NCBI GenBank assembly: GCA_964358765.1
Contig: CAYHPN010000002.1
Coordinates: 62,863 to 126,862 of the forward strand
Direction of reading: 5' to 3'
Length of the DNA: 64,000 bases
Origin: Candidatus Woesearchaeota archaeon
Lineage (GTDB): Archaea; Nanobdellota; Nanobdellia; Pacearchaeales; GW2011-AR1
Positions 26,971 to 35,519 of this stretch are shown here, one piece after another. Both the position numbers and the translations under genes were made by a program. The notes below the pieces were generated by a model. The model worked only from the letters and a program-made list of their open reading frames with translations, was not told the origin of the DNA and did no database searches. The first letter of the stretch is position 1; each line of letters starts with the position of its first letter.

Positions 26971-28968
26971 ATGCAGTATGTAAAAAAAAAGTGGTTTAAG
27001 GAAGTTTATGTTCCAACTAAGGAAATGAAAGGGATGGCAGTTGCTAGTGAGGCGATGTATAAAAAAGCTGCAACTGAAGGAGTAAAATTCTGGGAAAGTA
27101 TTGGAGATGGAATTGAATGGTTCAAAAAATGGGACAGTTTATATGAAGAGAATTTGCCAAACTATAAATGGTACTTGAATGGAAAATTAAATTTAAGCTA
27201 TAATTGTATTGATAGACATTTGACGACTAAAAGCGATAAAGAAGCAATTATATTCGTACCTGAAGATTTTGAGGAACAGGAAGTAAGAATTACATATAAA
27301 GAATTATATGAAAAAGTGAATAAGTTAGCTAATTTTTTGAAAAGACAAGGGGTAAAGAAAGGAGATGTTGTTGGAATATACATGCCTTTAGTACCTGAGG
27401 CAATTTTTTCTATGCTTGCTTGTTGTAGGGTTGGAGCAATACATAGCGTTGTGTTCTCTGCATTTTCTTCTGATGCATTGAAGTCAAGATTAATAGATGG
27501 AGGAGCTAAGTTTCTGATTAGTGCTGATGGATATTATAGAAGAGGAAAGACTGAAATGCTACTAGATAAGGTTAAGGAAGCGATAAAAGGAACAAAAGTA
27601 AAAAAAGTATTGCTTAATCAAAGAATTATAAAGAAAAAATTATTTGGTAAATTTTTAGATTTTGAAAGAGTTGAAAGAGAAAGTACTGAATTTAAAGCTG
27701 TTGAAATGGACTCAGAAGATCCTTTGTTTATTTTGTATACTTCTGGAACAACTGGAAAACCTAAAGGAATCGTACATACAACTGGAGGATATACAGTGCA
27801 GGCAGCTTATACATCAAGAATTGTATTTAATTTACTTGAAGGAGATGTAATGTGGTGCACTGCGGACATTGGATGGATTACGGGGCACACTTATACGTGT
27901 TATGGGCCTTTACTAAATGGAATTACGATTGTAATATATGAAGGGGCTTTAGATTTTCCGGATTTAACAAGAGCGTGGCATATAATTGAAAATAATAATG
28001 TGAATGTGTTTTATACTGCACCTACTGCAATAAGAATGTTTAAAACAAAGGGTGAAGAAGATACAAAAGATTTTGAAATGGAAAGTTTAAGAGTGTTAGG
28101 GAGCGTGGGAGAGCCGATTGACGAAAGTACATGGAAATGGTATTTTGATAATGTTGGAAAAGGAAGGTGCCCTATTGTAGACACATGGTGGCAGACAGAG
28201 ACTGGAGGGATAATGATAAGTTCTTTAGCAGGAGTTGGGCCATTTGTACCTGCATTCTCTACAAGACCTTTGCCTGGAGTAAATATTGGAGTTGTAAATG
28301 AGAAAAATGAAAGTGTAAAAGAAGGGGAAAACGGTTTTGTTACAATTGTTCCACCTTTGCCTCCAGGATGTTTAAGAGGGATATGGAAAGATGAAGCAAA
28401 ATATAAAGAGAAATACTTTAGCAATGGAAATTATTATTTTGCTGGAGATGGAGCATATAAAGAAAATGGATTTATCAGAGTAACTGGAAGGGTGGACGAT
28501 GTAATAAAAGTTGCAGGACATAGACTTTCTACTGGAGAAATAGAAGATGCAATTCATGGAGTGGTTGAGACAAGTGAAAATGCGGTTGTTTCTAAACCGG
28601 ATGAACTAAGAGGAGAACTGCCTGTTGTTTTTGCAAAATTAAAAGTTGGAATGCAAGGGAGCGAGAAAATTAAAAATGAGATTATTAAAATGACTGTAAA
28701 GAAAATTGGACCTATAGCAAAACCTGCCGATATTTATTTCGTTAGTGATTTACCAAAGACGAGAAGCGGAAAAATAATGAGAAGAATACTAAAAGCTATT
28801 TTAAGAAATGAACCGATGGGAGATATAACAACGATAGTGAATCCAGAATGTGTTGAACAGATAAAGATTGTAATAAAGGGTGAAGAGAAGATGGATAAAG
28901 ATAAAGTAGTAAGTGTTAGTTCAAATACTTCTCAAGTCGGAATGACTGAGAGTATGAATAAGGTTTAA
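26971..28968 (+). CDS. acs: acetyl-CoA synthetase (AMP-forming)
   Basis: YTSGTTGKPKG AMP-binding motif, WWQTETGG, and the C-terminal PKTRSGKIMRRIL. Confidence 0.9.
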   Translation: MQYVKKKWFKEVYVPTKEMKGMAVASEAMYKKAATEGVKFWESIGDGIEWFKKWDSLYEENLPNYKWYLNGKLNLSYNCIDRHLTTKSDKEAIIFVPEDFEEQEVRITYKELYEKVNKLANFLKRQGVKKGDVVGIYMPLVPEAIFSMLACCRVGAIHSVVFSAFSSDALKSRLIDGGAKFLISADGYYRRGKTEMLLDKVKEAIKGTKVKKVLLNQRIIKKKLFGKFLDFERVERESTEFKAVEMDSEDPLFILYTSGTTGKPKGIVHTTGGYTVQAAYTSRIVFNLLEGDVMWCTADIGWITGHTYTCYGPLLNGITIVIYEGALDFPDLTRAWHIIENNNVNVFYTAPTAIRMFKTKGEEDTKDFEMESLRVLGSVGEPIDESTWKWYFDNVGKGRCPIVDTWWQTETGGIMISSLAGVGPFVPAFSTRPLPGVNIGVVNEKNESVKEGENGFVTIVPPLPPGCLRGIWKDEAKYKEKYFSNGNYYFAGDGAYKENGFIRVTGRVDDVIKVAGHRLSTGEIEDAIHGVVETSENAVVSKPDELRGELPVVFAKLKVGMQGSEKIKNEIIKMTVKKIGPIAKPADIYFVSDLPKTRSGKIMRRILKAILRNEPMGDITTIVNPECVEQIKIVIKGEEKMDKDKVVSVSSNTSQVGMTESMNKV

Positions 28969-29062
28969 AGGTTTTGTAGGAAAAAATTAATCTTGAATTT
29001 GTTTGGAATTTTAATTATTTTGTAATACATAAATTTAAATACTTTTGTGCATCATAAACTAT

Positions 29063-30307
29063 ATGATTAAGGAGATTCTTATAGCTCAAAAACAAGAATT
29101 AGAGAAGAGGCTTAAAGAGATTTATATAGAAAGAACTGCAAATTTAAAAAAATTAGAGGCTCCATTAATAAAAGTTGTTATTGGACCTAGAAGAGCGGGA
29201 AAATCTTTTTTTGCACTAAATTTTCTAAATAAAAAAGGAAATTTTGGATATGTAAATTTTGATGATGAAAAATTAATGGATATTGAAAATTATGATGCTA
29301 TTTTAGAGGCTATGAACACTGTTTACAACGCGCCTAAATTTATTTTATTTGATGAAATTCAAAACTTGCCAAAATGGGAATTATTTATGAACAGATTACA
29401 TAGGCAAAACTTAAATATAATCGTAACTGGTAGCAATTCTAAATTATTAAGTAATGAACTTGCAACACATTTAACAGGAAGACATTTTTTAATAACCATT
29501 TTTCCTTTTTCTTTTAAAGAGTATTTAGAACTAGAAAAAAAAGAGTTAACTTTGAATCAAATAAAAGAAAAGCTTTACAAATATCTAATTTATGGAGGTT
29601 ATCCAGAACCTTTAATAAGAAATATAGATTATAAAGATTATTTGACATCTCTTCTTAGCTCAATTATATATAAAGATATTATAAAGAGATACAAGATAAG
29701 GTTTGCAGGAGGCATAGAAGACTTAACATATTATCTTATGTCAAATATTGCAAATGAGTATTCGTACAATAATCTAGCAAAGATGACAAAAATAAAAAGT
29801 GTTCATACAATTATTAAATATCTTGATTATCTTGAAGAAGCTTTTATTTTCTTTAGTTTGGGAAAATATTCGCATAAAGTTAAAGAGCAAATTACTTCAA
29901 ATAAAAAAATTTATTGCATTGACAATGGGTTTATTCAGGCAAAAACATTTAAATTATCTCCCGACATGGGCAAATTGTATGAAAATGTAGTTGCATTGGA
30001 ATTGAAGAAAAAAGAATTTAATAATGAGATAAAATTATTTTATTGGAAAAATCAACAACATGAAGAGGTTGATTTTGTAATTAAAGAAGGAATAAAAATA
30101 AAACAATTAATTCAAGTATGTTTTGATATTAAAAATTTAGAAACCAAAAATAGAGAGATACGGGCATTGATTAAAGCAGGAAAAGACCTAAAGTGCAATA
30201 ATCTATGGATAATAACAGAAGATAAGGAAGGCAAAGAAAAAACAGAATGGTTTGGAGATAAAGCAACAATAAATTATATTCCGCTTTGGAAATGGCTTTT
30301 GGATTGA
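29063..30307 (+). CDS. AAA+ ATPase with a DUF4143-like domain (paralog)
   Basis: GPRRAGKS, ILFDEIQ and VTGSNSKLLSNELATHLTGRH motifs. The ATG at 29063 is preferred over the TTG at 29045, by analogy with the paralog's N-terminus. Confidence 0.75.
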   Translation: MIKEILIAQKQELEKRLKEIYIERTANLKKLEAPLIKVVIGPRRAGKSFFALNFLNKKGNFGYVNFDDEKLMDIENYDAILEAMNTVYNAPKFILFDEIQNLPKWELFMNRLHRQNLNIIVTGSNSKLLSNELATHLTGRHFLITIFPFSFKEYLELEKKELTLNQIKEKLYKYLIYGGYPEPLIRNIDYKDYLTSLLSSIIYKDIIKRYKIRFAGGIEDLTYYLMSNIANEYSYNNLAKMTKIKSVHTIIKYLDYLEEAFIFFSLGKYSHKVKEQITSNKKIYCIDNGFIQAKTFKLSPDMGKLYENVVALELKKKEFNNEIKLFYWKNQQHEEVDFVIKEGIKIKQLIQVCFDIKNLETKNREIRALIKAGKDLKCNNLWIITEDKEGKEKTEWFGDKATINYIPLWKWLLD

Positions 30308-30335
30308 TTTTGACTTTTGGAAATTATTAAAATTT

Positions 30336-30450
30336 AATGCCTTCGGATTACATGCTGGCGCATTGTTTGCAATTTATTCGAAAGTAATTTCTCATAAATT
30401 TTATTTTGTTTGGATTTACTTCAAGCAAAATAACTCTCTTTCCATAAACT
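30336..30450 (-). repeat. family C structured element, inverted copy
   Basis: Its reverse complement aligns to 24300-24420 and 62380-62502, sharing GAAGTAAAT, AAAATAAAATTTATGAGAAA..TTTCGAATAAATT and CCGAAGGCATT blocks. Confidence 0.6.
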
Positions 30451-30492
30451 TGCTTAAAGTTTATATACAAAAAATTAAACATAGAGAAAATA

Positions 30493-31026
30493 TTATTCTT
30501 TCCTTTTAATATATTTGCTTAAAATATTAATAATGCTAGGTCGATTATTATTCGAAATTATTGAAAAATCTAATAAACCACTGTTTAACAAATTAGTTTT
30601 TTTAATAATGCTTATTCTTTTTCCACCGACTTTAAAATATTTTATGGCATTATAAGGAACATATAATTGGTTTGAAACTCTCTCTCCAGTGAATTCGCTC
30701 CACCCTCTTGTATAATCTTGATAAAAACCTAAAAACTTTGATCCTGCCATTTTTTTGTATATTGCTTTATTAGTTAAAGTAAATTCGAATTCTTTTTTAG
30801 AAAATCCCATTAATATAATTAAAATGATAAATAAAAATAAAGCAATGACTGAAGCAATACCTGCTGAATCATAAGAAGAATCTTTTTGCTGACTAGGAGA
30901 ATGTGAATTAAATACAAAAAAGATTAGGTAAAATAGGAAAATGGTCAATAATATTAATAAGTTCCTCTTTGAGGTAAGTGGACCTCTATGCTTAACTGTC
31001 CAAGTCAAAAGAGGTTTTTCATCCAT
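30493..31026 (-). CDS. hypothetical membrane protein
   Basis: 177 aa with two TM helices followed by a soluble domain. Confidence 0.4.
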   Translation of the reverse strand: MDEKPLLTWTVKHRGPLTSKRNLLILLTIFLFYLIFFVFNSHSPSQQKDSSYDSAGIASVIALFLFIILIILMGFSKKEFEFTLTNKAIYKKMAGSKFLGFYQDYTRGWSEFTGERVSNQLYVPYNAIKYFKVGGKRISIIKKTNLLNSGLLDFSIISNNNRPSIINILSKYIKRKE

Positions 31027-31095
31027 GTAAAAACAACGGCGGAGTCATTATAAACTTTATTGCATTTATGAAAGATAGAAAGGTAGGATGAATTA

Positions 31096-31524
31096 TTAAT
31101 TCACTGAACCTAATGAATGACCCCAGGAATAACAGGCGTTATTTAGAGCTAAACCTAAAGGTATAGCGACTAAAGTTGACCAAACACCTGGATCAAAATT
31201 GTCAAATCTGAATGGAATTAGTTGCCCTATTGCTCCTACAGCAGGAATTAGAGCCGTATAGCTAATTGCTTTTCTTAGAGTCTGATTGTCAACTATGGGA
31301 ATTCCTTTGCTATCAAAATATCCTCTTAATGTAGCATAGGCCATTAGGGGAACTATACAAGCTGAGGCAATCCCTAACTTTTTTAAAAGACTAGAGGGTT
31401 TACTTCTATTTTCTTCGAGTTGCTGATGTAAATTTATATCTTCTTCCATTTTATTATATTGAGCCTTGTGAAATCCAAGATTCTTTCCTTTTATTCTTTT
31501 CCATTCTACAATATCTTTAGTCAT
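31096..31524 (-). CDS. hypothetical membrane protein
   Basis: 142 aa with hydrophobic C-terminal two-thirds. An ATGA overlap couples it to the upstream ORF. Confidence 0.4.
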   Translation of the reverse strand: MTKDIVEWKRIKGKNLGFHKAQYNKMEEDINLHQQLEENRSKPSSLLKKLGIASACIVPLMAYATLRGYFDSKGIPIVDNQTLRKAISYTALIPAVGAIGQLIPFRFDNFDPGVWSTLVAIPLGLALNNACYSWGHSLGSVN

Positions 31525-32117
31525 TTCTCTTTAATTTCAAAAAGAGAAAGATTAAAAACAATTCTAGGGACTAAAATATCTTTAGCAATTCTATTTAAGA
31601 AACTATCTCCAGAAATTAATGAACAACCATCTTCTAAATCTGGAATTATATAATCTTTTCCTAAGTTTCCAACATAAAATGCATTCACTTTTCCCATAGA
31701 TTCTTTTCTAGTATATTCGACTGCTCTTAGAGATTCTTTTTCAATTCTTTCTTTTAATTCTTTATAGGTTTCTTTTTCTGACAATGGCAAAATAAATCTT
31801 AATGGAGCATAGGCTTGAATAATTGTTGCATCAAGTCTTTCTTTTGTTATTAATTTCTGAGGCATCCAAACTCTGCTTATATAATAAAAATTTGGATTAG
31901 GTCCTTTGTGAGTTTTATCCCATTCGTTAATTTCTAATTCTATTTTCTTTGCCCAGTCTAGTTGAGTATATTTATCAATATCTGGAGTGATAAAATGATG
32001 TCCCGTTGAACAACCCTGAGAAATTAATTTTATAAGTCCTTCTAGTTTAACTTCATCCAAAACTTTTTGCATAGGTTTTCTTACCATATCATCATACATC
32101 ATTGCTAATGTTGGCAT
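31521..32117 (-). CDS. hypothetical protein
   Basis: 198 aa in an operon context. I recognised no motif. Confidence 0.4.
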   Translation of the reverse strand: MPTLAMMYDDMVRKPMQKVLDEVKLEGLIKLISQGCSTGHHFITPDIDKYTQLDWAKKIELEINEWDKTHKGPNPNFYYISRVWMPQKLITKERLDATIIQAYAPLRFILPLSEKETYKELKERIEKESLRAVEYTRKESMGKVNAFYVGNLGKDYIIPDLEDGCSLISGDSFLNRIAKDILVPRIVFNLSLFEIKEK

Positions 32118-32122
32118 TTTAC

Positions 32123-32425
32123 TTACAAAAGATATCCCTGCCTTTCAATTGCTACTCTTAAATCCTGATTTTCTGGTAACCATCTAAAGTTATACTCCTC
32201 TGTTTCTGAAAGCTGGAAATGATCTGTTTCAACTAAATCATTAAGATGCGTCCTATTTATTTTACAATCCTTATCAGTTGTTAAGTTGTGCGCTGAAAGA
32301 AAACCTTCTTTAATATTTAGTTCTCTTGCGTAATAAGCGTTATTGTCTGACTTTAATCTTAAAATCATGCCGTCAAAAATATGTCTTTGGTATTCTACTG
32401 CCGTGATTTTTCTTTTTTTTGTCAT
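32123..32425 (-). CDS. hypothetical protein
   Basis: 100 aa, with an ATGA overlap with the upstream ORF. Confidence 0.4.
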   Translation of the reverse strand: MTKKRKITAVEYQRHIFDGMILRLKSDNNAYYARELNIKEGFLSAHNLTTDKDCKINRTHLNDLVETDHFQLSETEEYNFRWLPENQDLRVAIERQGYLL

Positions 32426-33141
32426 TGCGTAAGTCCTTTATTTTCGGAGGGAAATTTTCCTATTAAGGGAAAGCAAAAATTATAGACTCCTTGAGTTCCT
32501 AATCCACTAACACAGTCCAAATCAAAAATTTCAAGAGCGAATACCCCATATTTATCTGAACTGTCCTTTTTAATAAGATGGACCCTCATGGCTGGGGTAT
32601 TTTTTACTAAACTAAATACTTTCTCGACATAATTTTTTAATAAATTTTCATCATTGACAACAAAACGCCAAACTGGATTATTTAATACACCAGATTCAGA
32701 AAAATCTCGCCCACATAAATCATCCCCGCGGACGTAAATTGTATTTGGACCTCTATCTCCCGGGAGTAGCCAGGAAATTTCTTGAGAAGGCATTCTTTTA
32801 AATTCATCTTTAGTAATGGGTATAGATCCTTGTGAGTAATCTGACCTACTGTAACCTAGCTTATGCCTTTGCAACTGCGTAAAATTCTTTTCAGGAATAT
32901 TTAATAAATAATCGGATCTAGGCAGTATTTTGAAAACAAAACTGTGGCCTACGTGGGCCAGTGCATCTCCCGTTGCATGCCTTCCCCACCAATTTACCCC
33001 TTCTTCTAAAACTCCTGGTTCAAATTCTAAGCGTTTCCGCATAATATCAGCTATACTAACCGGAACTCTTCCTTCTTCTAATAGGGACCTCATTGCCAAG
33101 TCATAATAATCATCAAATTCTTTGTACGTTGGTACTTTCAT
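32422..33141 (-). CDS. hypothetical protein, weakly related to the N-terminal domain of the DGR target
   Basis: 239 aa. GRVPVSIADIMRKRLE resembles GLRVATPADLENILK of ORF 4589-5350. Confidence 0.4.
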   Translation of the reverse strand: MKVPTYKEFDDYYDLAMRSLLEEGRVPVSIADIMRKRLEFEPGVLEEGVNWWGRHATGDALAHVGHSFVFKILPRSDYLLNIPEKNFTQLQRHKLGYSRSDYSQGSIPITKDEFKRMPSQEISWLLPGDRGPNTIYVRGDDLCGRDFSESGVLNNPVWRFVVNDENLLKNYVEKVFSLVKNTPAMRVHLIKKDSSDKYGVFALEIFDLDCVSGLGTQGVYNFCFPLIGKFPSENKGLTQ

Positions 33142-33213
33142 TTTGCCCCCTCATATTTTTCTTTAAGGACTTCTTCTCTAGAAGAATCTAAATAATTTGT
33201 CAGCTCAATTTTA

Positions 33214-34071
33214 TTATTCATTTTCAATTACTCCAAACATATACCCTTCACTTGTATCTATGTGTCCGCTCGGAGGAGTTATATCCTTACCATCTATGTT
33301 TAAATTTCCATTAACTTCAAATCCATCATGTACGTCAGCACCAAAACCATGATTAGTAAAGCCAAGTGGATCGTTTGGTCCGCCAAATCTACGAGATCTT
33401 ATCCCGACAATCTTAGTAACCGGTTCATTAATCGTTTCGAATTTTGCAACACAAATGCCTTGTTTATAGTCCCAGTCAGAAGACATGATTTTTAACATTT
33501 CTGCAGTTTCATTTTTTGCTCCCTCTAATAATCTTGCTAAACCTCCACTAGCGAACTCCTTTGCACTTCCAAAATTGCCTGTTCGAAAAGAATCATATGG
33601 CACAAAACCAAAGCCTTTCTCCCCTAAATATACTCCGTGGAACTTCTCGCATTTATCTAATAATTTCTTCAATTTTTCTTCTGTTAATTTATTATTCGGG
33701 TCATCTGGAACATTCGCATAAATCCCCTCAGAGGAAATAGTTATTAACCCTAAATGGAGCCAGCTTCCTCTGCCAAGTGAATGACCATTATATCCTCCTT
33801 TGTCGAGAATCTCAGGCTTTGTCTTATTTTTTAAATCATAAGAGGCCAGGTAAAGAGACTCTATTGTGGAGGGAGTTCTAAATTTAATTTGTTCTCCCCC
33901 GAGATTAGTGTGAATTTGACGCATTGATGCAACATTTTTAAAAAAAGAGCCAGGCCCAAATGCATTAATGCATCCACAATAATTATTAGCTCCTGAGATA
34001 AATCTAATAAATCCAGGCAATACTTCTTGCGTAGTTATTTTCATAGTCTCATTTTGACTTTCTTTTGTCAT
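33214..34071 (-). CDS. hypothetical protein sharing local motifs with the DGR target protein
   Basis: 285 aa. RFISGANNY matches RFISQANFL and FRTPSTIESLYL matches VATPADLENILK in the DGR target. Confidence 0.45.
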   Translation of the reverse strand: MTKESQNETMKITTQEVLPGFIRFISGANNYCGCINAFGPGSFFKNVASMRQIHTNLGGEQIKFRTPSTIESLYLASYDLKNKTKPEILDKGGYNGHSLGRGSWLHLGLITISSEGIYANVPDDPNNKLTEEKLKKLLDKCEKFHGVYLGEKGFGFVPYDSFRTGNFGSAKEFASGGLARLLEGAKNETAEMLKIMSSDWDYKQGICVAKFETINEPVTKIVGIRSRRFGGPNDPLGFTNHGFGADVHDGFEVNGNLNIDGKDITPPSGHIDTSEGYMFGVIENE

Positions 34072-34180
34072 TTTCTTCTTCCTCCATGAAAAAACCGCTC
34101 TAACTGACTATTTAAGTATTATCTCCCCCTAGGTACGTTATAATAGGAAGATTTATAATTAGATATTTTGATTAGATGAG

Positions 34181-34924
34181 ATGTTAGAGCAATCACTTGA
34201 GAGAATTGGATTGACCATAGGAGAAATAAAGGTGTACTTGTCGCTATTGGAGCTTGGATCTTCTTCTATAGGGGAGATCATAAAGACTTCTGGAGTTTCA
34301 GGATCAAAGACTTATGAAGTTTTAGATAGGCTGATTAAGAAAGGACTTGCCAGTCAGATTGTTAAAAACAATGTAAAATATTTTGAGGCAGCTAATCCTG
34401 AGAGAATACTTGATTACTTGAATGAAAAGAAAGAAATTATAGAAAAGGAAAAAGCAGATGTTGCGAAGATCATTCCGCAATTGATCCTAAAACAGAAAAG
34501 AACTAACAAAGGAGATGCGAGAATATTTTATGGTTGGGAAGGACTCAAGACTGCGAACGAAGATATTATCGGGACTTTGAAAAAAGGAGAAGAATGGTTA
34601 AGCATGGGACTTGCAGGACAACCTGAGTCCTGGGAAATTTATTTTAACAAAAGACAGAAAGTCAGGGCTGAAAAAGGAATTATTCATAAACATTTATTAA
34701 ATGAAAAATATAAATCGCTGTATAAGCAGAGAAAGAAACTAGCTCATACTGAGTTTAGGTTTCTTCCTAAAGAGCTTGAGATGCCAACTAGCATAGAAAT
34801 CTATAGAGATAAAGTGATAATTATGATAATCTTGGAAGAAAGCCCCATGGCAATACTCATGGAAAGCAAAGCGGTTGCTGAAAGTTTTAGGAAATATTTT
34901 TATGCTATGTGGAAAAATTCTTGA
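34181..34924 (+). CDS. TrmB-family transcriptional regulator
   Basis: N-terminal wHTH LGLTIGEIKVYLSLLELGSSSIGEIIKTSGVSGSKTYEVLDRLIKKGLAS. It is transcribed divergently from the 31-34 kb operon. Confidence 0.75.
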   Translation: MLEQSLERIGLTIGEIKVYLSLLELGSSSIGEIIKTSGVSGSKTYEVLDRLIKKGLASQIVKNNVKYFEAANPERILDYLNEKKEIIEKEKADVAKIIPQLILKQKRTNKGDARIFYGWEGLKTANEDIIGTLKKGEEWLSMGLAGQPESWEIYFNKRQKVRAEKGIIHKHLLNEKYKSLYKQRKKLAHTEFRFLPKELEMPTSIEIYRDKVIIMIILEESPMAILMESKAVAESFRKYFYAMWKNS

Positions 34925-34988
34925 AATTCCATAAACTTTTTATACTGAGCTAACTAATTAAAATTATTAAATAAAAAGAGGTTATTCA

Positions 34989-35090
34989 ATGGCTGCAAAA
35001 AAAACTAAGAAAAAAGGAAAACCGAAGAAAGGCAAGAAACACATGAGTGGTAAAGTCTGCACGGGTGCGAAAGATTGCCCATTCTGTTAA
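34989..35090 (+). CDS. candidate 33-aa Lys-rich small protein with a C-terminal Cys motif
   Basis: MAAKKTKKKGKPKKGKKHMSGKVCTGAKDCPFC. AGAGG lies 8 nt upstream and an oligo-T tract follows immediately. It falls below the length cutoff of the ORF track. Confidence 0.35.
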   Translation: MAAKKTKKKGKPKKGKKHMSGKVCTGAKDCPFC

Positions 35091-35220
35091 GTTTTTATTT
35101 TGTTTTTTTATTATTTCTCTTTGGATTTACGTATAGTATTCATAAACTCTGTTTAATTTTTATATGTCTAGAATTACATCGATATAGCTAGTTACTTTAG
35201 TGATAAAATAAAGAAAATGT

Positions 35221-35285
35221 AATTCTGGAGCATGATCAAGAACTACGAATACGCTAAGGGAATTTATTCCGAGAGTTCTTGACAT
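35221..35285 (+). repeat. family A structured element copy
   Basis: AATTCTGGAGCATGATCAAGAAC....GAGAGTTCTTGACAT aligns to 24151-24214, including the internal GGAATTTATTCCGAGAG hairpin. Confidence 0.6.
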
Positions 35286-35463
35286 TAAGGAAATAGTGAA
35301 ACTAATTTTATGATTTAGTATTAATTCCTATATTGTCGTAAAATCCTTTGGTTTTTAATCTGGTACGAAATTCTTTAATTAAAATTAAATAATTAAAAAA
35401 ATTTCTGAAAATAAGAGTATCTTAGTGTAATAAATACATATACTTGAAGATAATTATATTTAA

Positions 35464-35506
35464 ATAGTGTTTATCATACAATTAGTTAGTGTATTAAATA
35501 CACTAA
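35464..35506 (+). promoter_or_regulatory. tandem NrtR-type operators (sites A and B) over the TATA box and TSS of the pncB operon
   Basis: Site B (35486-35506), TTAGTGTATTAAATACACTAA, is a perfect 21-bp palindrome. Site A (35464-35484) is ATAGTGTTTATCATACAATTA, starting 22 bp upstream. An extra degenerate site is at 35422-35442. TATA-like TTTAAATA is at 35459-35466. Confidence 0.7.
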
Positions 35507-35519
35507 AGGAGACAAAAAA

